A DNA stretch of 64,000 bases from Lysobacterales bacterium (GCA_022844165.1 JALHMH010000025.1:1-64000); one strand, 5' to 3'; shown: positions 26,439 through 36,263, counted from the stretch's first letter. The notes: generated by a model not told the origin, from the letters alone. Numbers and translations are program-made.

Positions 26439-27188
26439 ATGCGCGCGGCGCTGTTTGCGGCGTGCCTGATCTCGAGCGTGGCCAATGCTGCGCTCGAGGT
26501 TGAAGGCACCGAGTTCGTTCTGATGGAAAATGGGCAAACGCTGCGGAGTCAGGATCTGGCCGGCAGTACCCTCGATCTCGGCAACGGTCTGGCGGTTCGC
26601 ATCTTGTCGGTGCAACGCGATGCCGACGATGGCGATATCTGGTGGCACCATTTCCAGGTGCAGGGCGAGAATGGCTGGCAGGATTTATGCGAGCCCGATC
26701 GCGAGGGCTTCTCGCGCGGATTCCCCATGGTTGGCGATTTCAGCGACGATGGCCACTATCTGGCGACCCCAGGTACGATGTCGCTGACCTGTAGCAGCGG
26801 TGCCCAGGGCAAATGCGTGCGCTTTGGCTACGCGCCGTTTAAACGAAATGGGGATGGCGTGTCCTTGGCGGCGCACTACGGCGCCTGTCTGCGCATGGTC
26901 CGCGGCGATTACTGCGGCGACGGAGTGGCGACCACCCGCGATGGCACGACGATCGACATCTATGACGATCTGGGCATTCAGCGTCCGGAGACGGGCGAGG
27001 GCTTCCGCTTCGAAGCCGGTTGGACACCCGATGGCGCGGTTTGCGTGCACCATCCCCGAATCGCCGAGCACTTGGACCTGTCCGCAATCGCGGTGAGTTG
27101 TCCCCGTTTGGCTGGCGCGCTGGGTACGTCTTGTACGGAGACCAGGGCGCGCAAGCTCGGTGCGGTGTTGTTCAATCGTTCTCGTTAG
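26439..27188 (+). CDS. Secreted ADYC-domain protein
   Basis: GKCVRFGY, ACLRMVRGDYCGDG, TRDGTTIDIYDDLGIQ, FEAGWTPDGAVC; 8 Cys in mature part; 5 nt after the repeat gene. Confidence 0.85.
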   Translation: MRAALFAACLISSVANAALEVEGTEFVLMENGQTLRSQDLAGSTLDLGNGLAVRILSVQRDADDGDIWWHHFQVQGENGWQDLCEPDREGFSRGFPMVGDFSDDGHYLATPGTMSLTCSSGAQGKCVRFGYAPFKRNGDGVSLAAHYGACLRMVRGDYCGDGVATTRDGTTIDIYDDLGIQRPETGEGFRFEAGWTPDGAVCVHHPRIAEHLDLSAIAVSCPRLAGALGTSCTETRARKLGAVLFNRSR

Positions 27189-27288
27189 CGGACGCGGCGG
27201 ATGACGCGGGGCTCCGTCGCGACGATTCGAGTAATGTGCATTGCCGGGAGACTTATACTGACCGCTACTGGATCTCGGGAGCGCCCAA

Positions 27289-28065
27289 ATGATACGCGTG
27301 GTCTTCAATCAGAAAGGTGGCGTGGGCAAATCGACGATCGTCTGCAATCTGGCGGCGATCGCCGCCAGTCAGGGCTTGCGCACACTGATTGTCGATCTCG
27401 ACGCACAGGCGAATTCGACGCACTACGTGCTGGGCCATCAGGCGACGCAACTTGAGCTTGGAATTGCCGATTTCTTCGAAGAAACGTTGTCGTACCGACT
27501 GCGATCGCGCGATCCGGCCGAATATGTGACGCCGACGCCATTCGAAAATCTGTCTGTGATCGGCGCCGATCAACGGCTCGCTGAGCTGCAAACGAAGCTT
27601 GAGACCAAACTCAAGATCCTCAAGCTCGCGGACGCGCTGGGTACGCTGAAAAAGCAGTTTGCCCATATCTTCATCGACACGCCACCCGCGTTGAATTTCT
27701 ACACGCTGTCGGCGCTGATCGCTGCCGACCGTTGCCTGGTGCCATTCGATTGCGACGACTTCTCGCGGCAGGCGCTGTATCGATTGCTTGAGAATGTCGA
27801 AGAGATCAAACATGACCACAACAAAAAGCTCAAAGTCGAAGGGATCGTGGTCAATCAGTTCAACGCGCGTTCCAATTTGCCGACACGCGTGGTCGAAGAA
27901 CTGATTGCGGAAAAGCTCCCGGTGCTGCCGGTGTATTTGTCGAGCAGTATCAAGGTGAAAGAGAGCCACGAAGCGGCGCGGCCGTTGGTGTTCTTCGAAC
28001 CGAGCCACAAACTGACGGGTGAGTTCAGGGCGCTTTTCGAGGTGCTGGATCGGAAGAAGCGCTAG
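27289..28065 (+). CDS. Orphan ParA/Soj-family ATPase
   Basis: [22 protein letters not shown]; no parB partner. Confidence 0.92.
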   Translation: MIRVVFNQKGGVGKSTIVCNLAAIAASQGLRTLIVDLDAQANSTHYVLGHQATQLELGIADFFEETLSYRLRSRDPAEYVTPTPFENLSVIGADQRLAELQTKLETKLKILKLADALGTLKKQFAHIFIDTPPALNFYTLSALIAADRCLVPFDCDDFSRQALYRLLENVEEIKHDHNKKLKVEGIVVNQFNARSNLPTRVVEELIAEKLPVLPVYLSSSIKVKESHEAARPLVFFEPSHKLTGEFRALFEVLDRKKR

Positions 28066-28172
28066 TGTGGTGTCCAGTCGCTGCGGCGAGAGGGCCAGGT
28101 GCCTGAGACGAAACATGCATGGTCGGCGGCCGACGTCATCATCGTGCTGCCTCAACAGGGAACTTCGTTCGA

Positions 28173-28988
28173 ATGACTGCATCGCTGGCCAATAAGACGC
28201 TCTTCATCACCGGCGGTTCGCGCGGTATCGGCGAGGCGATTGCGCTGCGGGCGGCGAGAGACGGCGCCAACATCGTGCTGGCCGCGAAAACCGAGAAGCC
28301 GCATCCGAAGTTGCCTGGGACGATTTACAGCGTTGCCGAAGCCATCAAAAAGGCGGGTGGCAAGGCACTGCCGCTCAAGGTCGATATCCGCGAGGACGAA
28401 CAAGTCCTGGCGGCTATCGAAACCGCCGTGCGTACCTTCGGCGGCATCGATATTCTGGTCAATAACGCCAGCGCGATCAGCTTGACGGGCACGCTGGAAA
28501 CGCCGATGCGGCGTTTCGATCTGATGTTCGGTGTGAATGTGCGCGGCACGTTTTTTTGTTCGCAAGCCTGCCTGCCGCACCTGTTGAAGTCTGACAATCC
28601 GCACATTCTGACCCTGGCGCCGCCGCTGAACATGGACCCGAAGTGGTTTGGGCCGCATGTGGCGTACACCATGGCCAAGTACGGCATGAGCCAATGTGTG
28701 CTGGGAATGGCCGAGGAGTTCAAGGGCCGCGTGGCGGTCATCGCGTTGTGGCCGCGAACCGTGATCCACACGGCCGCGCTGGCGATGATCCCTGGCGTCG
28801 ATCCTGCTGGATGTCGGGCGCCGGCCATCATGGCCGATGCTGCGCATGCGGTTCTGAGCGCACCGTATCAACAGCGATCCGGGCTGTTCTTGATCGACGA
28901 TGAGGTCTTGCGTGAAGTCGGCGTGCGCGATTTTGAGCCGTACGCTGTGAAGCCGGGCTCGCCGCTGTTGCCCGATCTGTTCTTGTAA
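28173..28988 (+). CDS. Short-chain dehydrogenase (HSDL2-like)
   Basis: TGGSRGIG, PHPKLPGTI, NNASAI, YTMAK. Confidence 0.92.
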   Translation: MTASLANKTLFITGGSRGIGEAIALRAARDGANIVLAAKTEKPHPKLPGTIYSVAEAIKKAGGKALPLKVDIREDEQVLAAIETAVRTFGGIDILVNNASAISLTGTLETPMRRFDLMFGVNVRGTFFCSQACLPHLLKSDNPHILTLAPPLNMDPKWFGPHVAYTMAKYGMSQCVLGMAEEFKGRVAVIALWPRTVIHTAALAMIPGVDPAGCRAPAIMADAAHAVLSAPYQQRSGLFLIDDEVLREVGVRDFEPYAVKPGSPLLPDLFL

Positions 28989-28995
28989 CGCGCCT

Positions 28996-29781
28996 TTATT
29001 GGCGCCAGCTTCGCCCGAACCACGGTAATGGCAGTGCGCTTGCACGCAGCGGGTGGATATCGAGCCCGCCGCGACGCGTGAAGCGTGCTTGTACCGCAAA
29101 CCAATACGGAGAACAGCGCTGCGCAATATCGGCATACATGCGTTCGACGCACTGCTCATGGAATTCGCGAACGTGGCGAAACGACAGCCAATAACGCAGC
29201 AGGCCAACGGAATCGATGCGCGGTCCCCGGTAGTGCAGTGAGACGGTAGCCCAATCTGGTTGTCCGGTCACGGGACAATTGCTGCGAAACAGATGGGTCG
29301 ACAAACACTCGGTGACCGGCGCGCCATCGGTCCGCAACAGGCTCGGATCGATCGCCGTCAAGTCAGGGTCCACAAGTTCGACGTCGTCGATACACGAGCT
29401 GTCGTCGCCGACGGTCCCGAAGGCGTGCCACGCTGCGACGTCTATCAGGTTCACATTCACAGATCGACCGGCCGCAGCGCTCAAGTCGGCGCTGATGTTG
29501 GGGACCACCTCGTCCTTCTCGAGGCGCCGCCGCGCGTAGCTGTTGAGATAGAGTTTCAGACTCTTGGATTCAATCAGATAGGGCGAATCCGCCGGCACAT
29601 CGAATTGCAGCATCGCGATCTGCGGTTTGCCGTATTGATCCAGCCAGCTGAATTCGTAGCCGGTCCAACGGTCTGCACCGAACATTGCCGCGGCATTCGG
29701 CATGGGTACGCGCGGCAGCGGATCGAGAATCGCCGGCGTGTATTCGGGTTCATGGTCGACGGTTCGGCCAAGCAAGGTCAT
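28996..29781 (-). CDS. queF: NADPH-dependent 7-cyano-7-deazaguanine reductase (bimodular type)
   Basis: IESKSLKLYLNS, SNCPVTGQPDW, EFHEQCVER, TRRGGLDI. Confidence 0.95.
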   Translation of the reverse strand: MTLLGRTVDHEPEYTPAILDPLPRVPMPNAAAMFGADRWTGYEFSWLDQYGKPQIAMLQFDVPADSPYLIESKSLKLYLNSYARRRLEKDEVVPNISADLSAAAGRSVNVNLIDVAAWHAFGTVGDDSSCIDDVELVDPDLTAIDPSLLRTDGAPVTECLSTHLFRSNCPVTGQPDWATVSLHYRGPRIDSVGLLRYWLSFRHVREFHEQCVERMYADIAQRCSPYWFAVQARFTRRGGLDIHPLRASALPLPWFGRSWRQ

Positions 29782-30190
29782 GCGATGAGAGAAGATGGAT
29801 TGGGCAGATCAAGATAAGCCCTTATGTTGGCGTTTGGGTCGTCCTGGCCGCATATTTCATGAGGTCGCGAGTTCATGGCCTGATTTCGTTGCAAAGGCAG
29901 GGAAATCTCGAAGTTGATCGAAATGACAGCCTGTGCGCTGCCATTTCCGTAGCTTGAGCGGCTCTCTCTCGTTCTTTGCGCCGGACGACTCAAAGTTCGT
30001 CGCCGCATTGGAATCGTCATGACTCCGTCCGGTGCGGCGGCACCGCCGCCACCCGTTCGAGCGCGCGCGCCGCATGCGGCGCAAGCTTGCTCGCTCTCAC
30101 CCTTCGCGATCGTCCGTGTTGGGCGGCACCGCTCTCCTTTTTGAGGGTGTTGGCAGCGATGGCGGTGATCGACAAGAAGATAAGGGCTGC

Positions 30191-30223
30191 AAAACGACAA
30201 CGCCCGCAAAGCGGGCGCTGTCG
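30191..30223 (-). terminator. Rho-independent terminator of the tonB-exbBD operon
   Basis: Minus strand CGACAGCGCCCGC-TTT-GCGGGCGTTGTCG-TTTT, 20 nt after the exbD stop. Confidence 0.75.
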
Positions 30224-30243
30224 AGAACCGAGTGTGGAGAACC

Positions 30244-30717
30244 TCAGCCCGGTGGTGGTGGCGCTGCACCGCCGCCGCCGGGGGTGGCCAGATTGTCGAA
30301 ACCGATGCGTTGTACATTCGATCGTTTCGCTGCGGCCAGAAGATCAGCGATCGCGGAATACGGAATGGTCTCATCCGCCTCAAGTTTGTATTCAGGCTGG
30401 TCGTCCTTGACCTTTTTGCCTTCTTCGCGAAATTCGACAAATAGCAGCTCTTTACTGATCGGGTCATTGTTGACGCGGATTTCGACCGCGCCGCCCAGAT
30501 CGCGCAACTCGATCCGCTTCTGCTCGATTTGGCTCTTGTCAGCCGGATCGGTGGATTGCTGCGGCAGATTGATGCGCACTTTGTGCGCAAGCAACGGTGC
30601 GGTGATCATAAAGATGATCAACAGCACCAGCATGACGTCCACCAATGGCGTGGTATTGATGTCGACCATCGGCGAACTGCCGCCGCCGCCACCACTTGGT
30701 CCTGCACTCATTCCCAT
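30244..30717 (-). CDS. exbD: Biopolymer transport protein ExbD (second copy)
   Basis: DINTTPLVDVMLVLLIIFMITAP. Confidence 0.93.
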   Translation of the reverse strand: MGMSAGPSGGGGGSSPMVDINTTPLVDVMLVLLIIFMITAPLLAHKVRINLPQQSTDPADKSQIEQKRIELRDLGGAVEIRVNNDPISKELLFVEFREEGKKVKDDQPEYKLEADETIPYSAIADLLAAAKRSNVQRIGFDNLATPGGGGAAPPPPG

Positions 30718-30731
30718 GAATCGATCTCCAA

Positions 30732-31163
30732 TTATTCGCCGGGGGCGGTGACGAAGCCGATTTTGCTAATGCCCTTGCGCTTGGCAAGATCGAGTGCGCT
30801 ACGCACGTGCTTGTATTGCACCGAGCGGTCACCGCGAATCTTGAGCTCCGGTTGCGGCTTCTTGGCGGCCTCGATTGCAAGCCGAGCCTCCAGGCCTTCG
30901 ATGCTGATCGGATCGTCTTGCCAGTAATACTGAACTGAGCCACCACCCTTGTCCTGAATGTTCAGTGTGACGGCCTTCTCCTCCACCGAGTCCGGTTCGT
31001 TCGGCGCTTCGGGCACCGAAATCGGCACTTTGTTTTGCATCAACGGTGCAGTGATCATGAAAATGATCAGCAGCACCAACATCACGTCGACCAGCGGCGT
31101 GGTGTTGATGTCGGTCATCGGGTTGGCGTTTTGTTGGCCGCCACCGCCGGTGCTCATGCCCAT
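30732..31163 (-). CDS. exbD: Biopolymer transport protein ExbD (first copy)
   Basis: DINTTPLVDVMLVLLIIFMITAP, IRGD, KIGFVT. Confidence 0.93.
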   Translation of the reverse strand: MGMSTGGGGQQNANPMTDINTTPLVDVMLVLLIIFMITAPLMQNKVPISVPEAPNEPDSVEEKAVTLNIQDKGGGSVQYYWQDDPISIEGLEARLAIEAAKKPQPELKIRGDRSVQYKHVRSALDLAKRKGISKIGFVTAPGE

Positions 31164-31174
31164 CTGGGATCTCC

Positions 31175-32071
31175 TTAGCCGGTGCTCGGCACGTGTTGGC
31201 GCGTACCAAACCGCTGACCGCGGCCCGCGCGATTACCGGTGGCGAAATAATCAAGCAAGTCATGCGCAAAAGCCGCAAACCGGGCATTCAGCGCTTTATT
31301 GCTGCGGACAAAAAAGTTGTACGCCAGCACGGATGGGATGGCGACGCCCAGGCCGATGCAGGTCATGATGAGCGCTTCGCCCACGGGTCCTGCAACAACG
31401 TCCAGTGTTGCTTCGCCTTCCCTGCCAATACTGATGAGCGCGTGGTAAATGCCCCAAACGGTCCCAAACAGTCCAACAAAAGGTGCCGTCGATCCGACCG
31501 AAGCCAGCAACGTCAACCCAGATTCGAATCGGGCGGCTTCGCGCTGCACGCCACTGCGGACTGCGCGATCGATGAACTCATGTCGACTCAAGGCTTCCGC
31601 CATGCGGCCGCCCAGTGCATCCGAGTGATGTTCGGCCGCGAAGGCCGCGTCGAGTGCGATCTTGCTGAAAGGCTCCAACTCAGGTTCTTCCTTGAGGCGC
31701 GCGATCGCATCACGCGGCGTTGCGGCATCCCAGAAGTCATTGATCAACTTCTGGCCGCGGATCTTGACCGCTGCCAATTTCAAACCGTTGTAGAGAATGT
31801 AATACCACACCAGTATCGACATCACCGCCATGACCAGGAACGCGAACAAACCGACCACGTCGGCGTTCTGGACCAGATGAGCGAAGCCCATCTTGGTCAG
31901 GGCGAGAGAATCGGTGTTGCCCATCATCACGTCGAGCCGATCCATACCTGGAGGCAATTGCGAGGACACGTCGAGACTGGACGGATCCGCTGCGGCGGGA
32001 ATCGAACCGGCTGCAACGTCGGCAGTGGCGGGAGGCGCTTGATCTTGCATAAGAATGCTCGTCTCGTTCAA
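31175..32071 (-). CDS. exbB: MotA/TolQ/ExbB proton channel (start may be 32050)
   Basis: LASVGSTAPFVGLFGTVWGIY, VAGPVGEALIMT. Confidence 0.93.
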   Translation of the reverse strand: MNETSILMQDQAPPATADVAAGSIPAAADPSSLDVSSQLPPGMDRLDVMMGNTDSLALTKMGFAHLVQNADVVGLFAFLVMAVMSILVWYYILYNGLKLAAVKIRGQKLINDFWDAATPRDAIARLKEEPELEPFSKIALDAAFAAEHHSDALGGRMAEALSRHEFIDRAVRSGVQREAARFESGLTLLASVGSTAPFVGLFGTVWGIYHALISIGREGEATLDVVAGPVGEALIMTCIGLGVAIPSVLAYNFFVRSNKALNARFAAFAHDLLDYFATGNRAGRGQRFGTRQHVPSTG

Positions 32072-32742
32072 TCAGACAACGTGAATCGGACCGGCACAAG
32101 TGCCCAGCCGGCGAATGCAGCGCCATCGCGCACACCGGCATTGAACCGCCAGTTACGTGCAGCCTGCATGGCGGATCGATCGAAATCGCGATGACCCGAA
32201 GACTTTTCGATCTCGATCTTCTCGGGTTTACCGTCGGCAGACACCAGAATCCGGAGCAGCACTTCACCTGAAATGCCACGGCGCAGCATCGCCGGTGGAT
32301 AGCGCGGAGGACGCGCGCGCATCATCGACATATCGACCGATGGCCCGACCTCGCGCGGTCCATCGCTCGGCGGAGCCGGCGGCGCAGGCGGTTGCACTGC
32401 AATGCCCTCGGGATTGTCGGTGATCACGTCGGCCACCTGCTCGGGCGGTTCCGGCGGCGGCTCTGGCTTGGGCTCTTCGCGCTTGATCTCGACCAGTTTG
32501 ATGATCTTCGGCGGCTCCGGCGGCGGCGGTGGAGGCGGCGGTGGCGGTGGCGGTGGTGGCGGCGGTGGTTCAAGAAACACGACTTCGATCGTGTTTTCCT
32601 GCGGCTTCTCCAGACCGATAGGCGCTTTCGCCGGAAGCAACAACAACCCGACCATGATCGAATGGAAGGTCAACGTCACCGCGATTGCGGTGATTCGTTT
32701 GAAGCTAAGACCCTTTGGGTCGCGTTCGTGGTTTTCAGCCAT
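32068..32742 (-). CDS. tonB: Energy transducer TonB
   Basis: TM with His, 17-Pro tract, PRYP, SSGHRDFDRSA..WRF. Confidence 0.93.
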   Translation of the reverse strand: MAENHERDPKGLSFKRITAIAVTLTFHSIMVGLLLLPAKAPIGLEKPQENTIEVVFLEPPPPPPPPPPPPPPPPPEPPKIIKLVEIKREEPKPEPPPEPPEQVADVITDNPEGIAVQPPAPPAPPSDGPREVGPSVDMSMMRARPPRYPPAMLRRGISGEVLLRILVSADGKPEKIEIEKSSGHRDFDRSAMQAARNWRFNAGVRDGAAFAGWALVPVRFTLSD

Positions 32743-32909
32743 GAGTCATCACTTTGGATAGCCGTGACATCCGCCTTCTCGTCGCCGGTTGGTCGCCCAC
32801 ACCAGAACGCGAAGCCCCTCCAAGAAAGATCGATGAAGCTACACTAAACGCGCGACGGCTCACAAGTTAATGCCAGTGAAGAAAGTACCGTCGAGCGAAT
32901 CGACGGAGA

Positions 32910-34163
32910 TCAAAGACCCAGCGACTTGAGCGCCTGTTCAGCGTTCTTTTGCGATTCCGGAAAACCTTTGGCCTGTCGAAAAGCGGCAGCCGCTGCAGCC
33001 TCGTTGCCGCTGTCCATTTCCGCGATACCGAGGTTGTAATACGCATTGCCGAGCTGTTTGATTTTGCCTTTCTCGATCGCCCTGGAAAGTGCTATCCGGG
33101 CCTCTTGCGGCTTTTCCTGGTCGAGCAAGATCTGGCCGGCATACAAATCCGCCGTGCCATCGTCTGGCGATAACTCGGCGCCCTGCCGGAAAAAGTCCAG
33201 GGCAGCGGTCAGGTCTTCGGCATCGTAATACGCCTCGCCTATCTGCAGCATCCGGTCTTTGGCTTTCTGGACGATGCCCTTGTCGACGCCCTCGCGCATG
33301 GCGGCGGCGGCGTCTTTGGGACGATCCAGGTCGCGATAGGCCACGTACAAATTGAGATAGAGGTTCTCTTCGGTCATTTTGCCCTGCGAGCGATAGCCCT
33401 CCAGCAAAGCGACCGCGTCCTGCGCCTTCTCGCCTTCGAGCATTTGCACCGTCAAAAAATTGACGAACTCCAGGTCGTCGGGGGATTTGGCCAATACTTC
33501 GCGCCCGAATGCGATGCTGTCCTCGACACGCCCCAGGGTCAGCAGGCTGTTGGCCTTCATCTGCGCCCAGGCGCGCTGCGGGGCTTCACCGGTGGCATAG
33601 GCCTTGTCGATATAAACCAGCGTGTTCTCGTAGTCTTCCTGATCAAAGTAATTTTTCGCTTGCAGCGCCCAGTTGTTGCCTGTGATCGGGTCACCGTCTT
33701 TTGCCCAATCGTCAAAAGCCACGATTGACTCGGCGAACTGCTCGTTCACGTGATACATCTCCGCGATCGTCAGCTTTAGCGGGAAATGCTCGGCATTCGG
33801 CAGGGCATCGGTCGCCAGAGCTGCCTCGAAGGACGCGATCGCCTCGGGCATCTGCTCCTGGTTGTAATGCACGAAACCACGCAATTGGTGGATCTTCGCC
33901 TTTTCGTAAGGCGTGGTCTTGCCGGCTTCCAGCTTTGCCAGAGCATCCAGCGCACCCGCGAAGTCGTCGGCCTCGTACAACTCAGAAACCTTGCCGTAAG
34001 CCTTGACGAACTTCGAACTCGATTGCGGTTTTTTGTCTTCGCGACCGCTCTTGCTGACGGTCGACGTTTCCTTTTTATCGCGGTCACGCTGCGCTGTTGC
34101 GCTCGGCACAATCAATGTGAGAGACGCGCCCATCAGTATTGCGGACATCCAGAACTTGATCAT
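32910..34163 (-). CDS. Secreted tetratricopeptide-repeat protein
   Basis: Signal peptide, repeated TPR-like helices (AYYNLGIA), upstream of tonB. Confidence 0.85.
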   Translation of the reverse strand: MIKFWMSAILMGASLTLIVPSATAQRDRDKKETSTVSKSGREDKKPQSSSKFVKAYGKVSELYEADDFAGALDALAKLEAGKTTPYEKAKIHQLRGFVHYNQEQMPEAIASFEAALATDALPNAEHFPLKLTIAEMYHVNEQFAESIVAFDDWAKDGDPITGNNWALQAKNYFDQEDYENTLVYIDKAYATGEAPQRAWAQMKANSLLTLGRVEDSIAFGREVLAKSPDDLEFVNFLTVQMLEGEKAQDAVALLEGYRSQGKMTEENLYLNLYVAYRDLDRPKDAAAAMREGVDKGIVQKAKDRMLQIGEAYYDAEDLTAALDFFRQGAELSPDDGTADLYAGQILLDQEKPQEARIALSRAIEKGKIKQLGNAYYNLGIAEMDSGNEAAAAAAFRQAKGFPESQKNAEQALKSLGL

Positions 34164-34272
34164 GTTTCCTCCTCCGTCACACGAACATCACAACGATTTC
34201 GACCGCAATTTGGGGTGAAACACTCCCAAGCAGCTTCAGCGCAAGTATAGGCGGCGCGTGGCGCGCCTTCGT

Positions 34273-34707
34273 CTACTTGCTCTTGCCGCGCTCGAGCGGC
34301 AATTGATCCTGTTGCCATGACGCCAGTCCGCCTTTCAGGCAATAGACCTCCGCAAAGCCCGCTTTGCGTAACTTCTCCGCCACTTCGCCGCACTGCATCC
34401 CACTTTGGCAGTACAGCAAAACGCCGCTCTGTTTGAACTTGCTGAGTTCCTTGGCGTCTGGATCGACCTGTGAGGGCGTCAAATGACGCGCACCGCGAAT
34501 GTGGCCCTTGTCGTAATCCGAGGTGGGCCGCAAATCCACCAGCAACGATTGGCCCGCATTGATCTTGCGCGTGAACTCGAACGTCGTCAGATCGGCAGTG
34601 CCTTTCCTGGCTTGACGAAGCTCGTAGACCAGCCATGCCACCAGCAGCCCGACAAATAGCGTCCAGAGCACCGGATGATTGCCGACAAACTCGAAAAACT
34701 GCGTCAT
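34273..34707 (-). CDS. Rhodanese-like domain membrane protein (YibN-like)
   Basis: N-terminal TM, DLR..YDKGHIRGA, LYCQSG, LKGGLASW. Confidence 0.9.
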   Translation of the reverse strand: MTQFFEFVGNHPVLWTLFVGLLVAWLVYELRQARKGTADLTTFEFTRKINAGQSLLVDLRPTSDYDKGHIRGARHLTPSQVDPDAKELSKFKQSGVLLYCQSGMQCGEVAEKLRKAGFAEVYCLKGGLASWQQDQLPLERGKSK

Positions 34708-34927
34708 GCGTGATGCCGCTCACGCCAAAGGGCCGCGGATTATGCACGGAGAATTTGCGCTTGGGTGGCCGTGTTGACAGCGCCATGCCTGGTTCCGGCC
34801 AGCACGCAACATTTTGTCGTTTTGTCTTCCGTATCGATGCCCTTACCCGTAGCCTCCGTCAGCGTTGCGCTTCGCCCACGTGGTGTGGCTGTTCACTGCT
34901 GGTTTCAAACGTTAGCGGAGGGGTGGC

Positions 34928-36139
34928 ATGAACTGGGTTCGACGTTCGCTGTTTGGAGCGAGTTCGCTGTGCGCAACGGCGCGCTCGGTCTTTGGCTGCG
35001 GGTTGTTGCTTGTCGCAACGCAGTTGTACGCCGCCGAATGGGAGCCGTTTGTTGCGCCTTTCAACCAGATTTTCCCATCGGTCGAGATTGCCACGGCAAC
35101 GATGGAATCGGACGGCGAAAAGGACGAAATGGTGATTGGCGATGACATGTCGATGATCGGCGTGTCGGTGACCGCAGCGCGTTCGGGCCAGCGCGTTCGG
35201 GTGACAGTATCGATGCCCGCATTGATGGCCGACAGCACAATCACTGCAACATTGCCGAAGGCGGGTCAGACCTACGAGATTTATCCGACGCTGCGCTGGA
35301 ACTACACGGCTCTGATGAAGGTACGCCAGGCGCGCCCGGAGACGGTGAGTTTTGAGGTCAGTCTGGATGGCGCGCCACCCGAACAAAGAGCGCTACGGGC
35401 GCGCCTGCGCAACATCAATGACGCGTTGTACTACGTCGACCCTGATCCCGAGGCCAGCGATGACGATCTTGACTTCAATTGGATGTTCGCTGCCTACGTC
35501 AACGAAGACAGCCCGCTCGTCGACGAGATCTTGAAAGAGGCGCTGGATTCGGAGCTGGTCAGTTCCTTCGATGGCTACCAGAGCGAAGACCAGGATCTGG
35601 TGTATGCCCAGGTGTTTGCGATTTGGTACACGTTGCAACAGCGGGGCATCCGCTACTCGAACATTACCGCGACCTCAAGTACGCACCAGAACGTGCACTC
35701 GCAGAATGTGCGTTTTATCGAACAGAGCTGGCGCAATACGCAAGCCAATTGCGTAGACGGCAGTGTGCTGTTCGCGTCGATTCTGCGCAAGATCGATATC
35801 GCGCCGGTGTTGGTACTGGTGCCAGGGCATATGTTCCTGGGTTTTGCGTTGGACGAAGAAGCCAGTGAAATGGCGTTTCTGGAAACAACGATGTTGGGCG
35901 ATCACGATCCGGGGAAGGTCGATCGACAGATGAGAAATCTCGCCAGAGACATCAGCGACGACGAAGACGTGCAGCAATCGTTCCTGGTGTTTGCCGCAGC
36001 CCTCGACAACGCTCGCGAGCAGGTCGAAGAAGCCGGTGAAAAGTTCGAAGACCCCAATGAAGCGAACTATCAGATCATCGACATCGCCGCTGCGCGCGAA
36101 TACGGGGTCATGCCGATTACGACGCTGGAAACGCAGTGA
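34928..36139 (+). CDS. Secreted acidic protein with transglutaminase/papain-like core
   Basis: ANCVDGSVLFASIL, VPGHMFLG, FLETT motifs; signal-like N-terminus. Confidence 0.7.
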   Translation: MNWVRRSLFGASSLCATARSVFGCGLLLVATQLYAAEWEPFVAPFNQIFPSVEIATATMESDGEKDEMVIGDDMSMIGVSVTAARSGQRVRVTVSMPALMADSTITATLPKAGQTYEIYPTLRWNYTALMKVRQARPETVSFEVSLDGAPPEQRALRARLRNINDALYYVDPDPEASDDDLDFNWMFAAYVNEDSPLVDEILKEALDSELVSSFDGYQSEDQDLVYAQVFAIWYTLQQRGIRYSNITATSSTHQNVHSQNVRFIEQSWRNTQANCVDGSVLFASILRKIDIAPVLVLVPGHMFLGFALDEEASEMAFLETTMLGDHDPGKVDRQMRNLARDISDDEDVQQSFLVFAAALDNAREQVEEAGEKFEDPNEANYQIIDIAAAREYGVMPITTLETQ

Positions 36140-36263
36140 GCAGCGATACCGCTTCGCGCCGCTCGTCGAGTGTCTGAACCCAAAAGGCCGTTGTGGCCCA
36201 TTGTGCATCGGTCGGAACCGAGCGGTACACTGTTCGGCCCGGCATCGCAGGTGAGCGGTCGAT

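Noticed and set aside
16264-27288. Prophage or integrative element
   Set aside because: No integrase, tRNA, att-like direct repeats or phage genes; treated only as an accessory gene block
29782-29900. preQ1 riboswitch upstream of queF
   Set aside because: No recognisable short stem with A-rich 3' tail on the minus strand
32518-32568. (NGG)17 trinucleotide run as a contingency repeat
   Set aside because: Encodes the TonB polyproline spacer with mixed Pro codons
33742-33757. parS-like TCGTTCACGTGATACA
   Set aside because: Three mismatches to TGTTTCACGTGAAACA and inside a CDS; single occurrence
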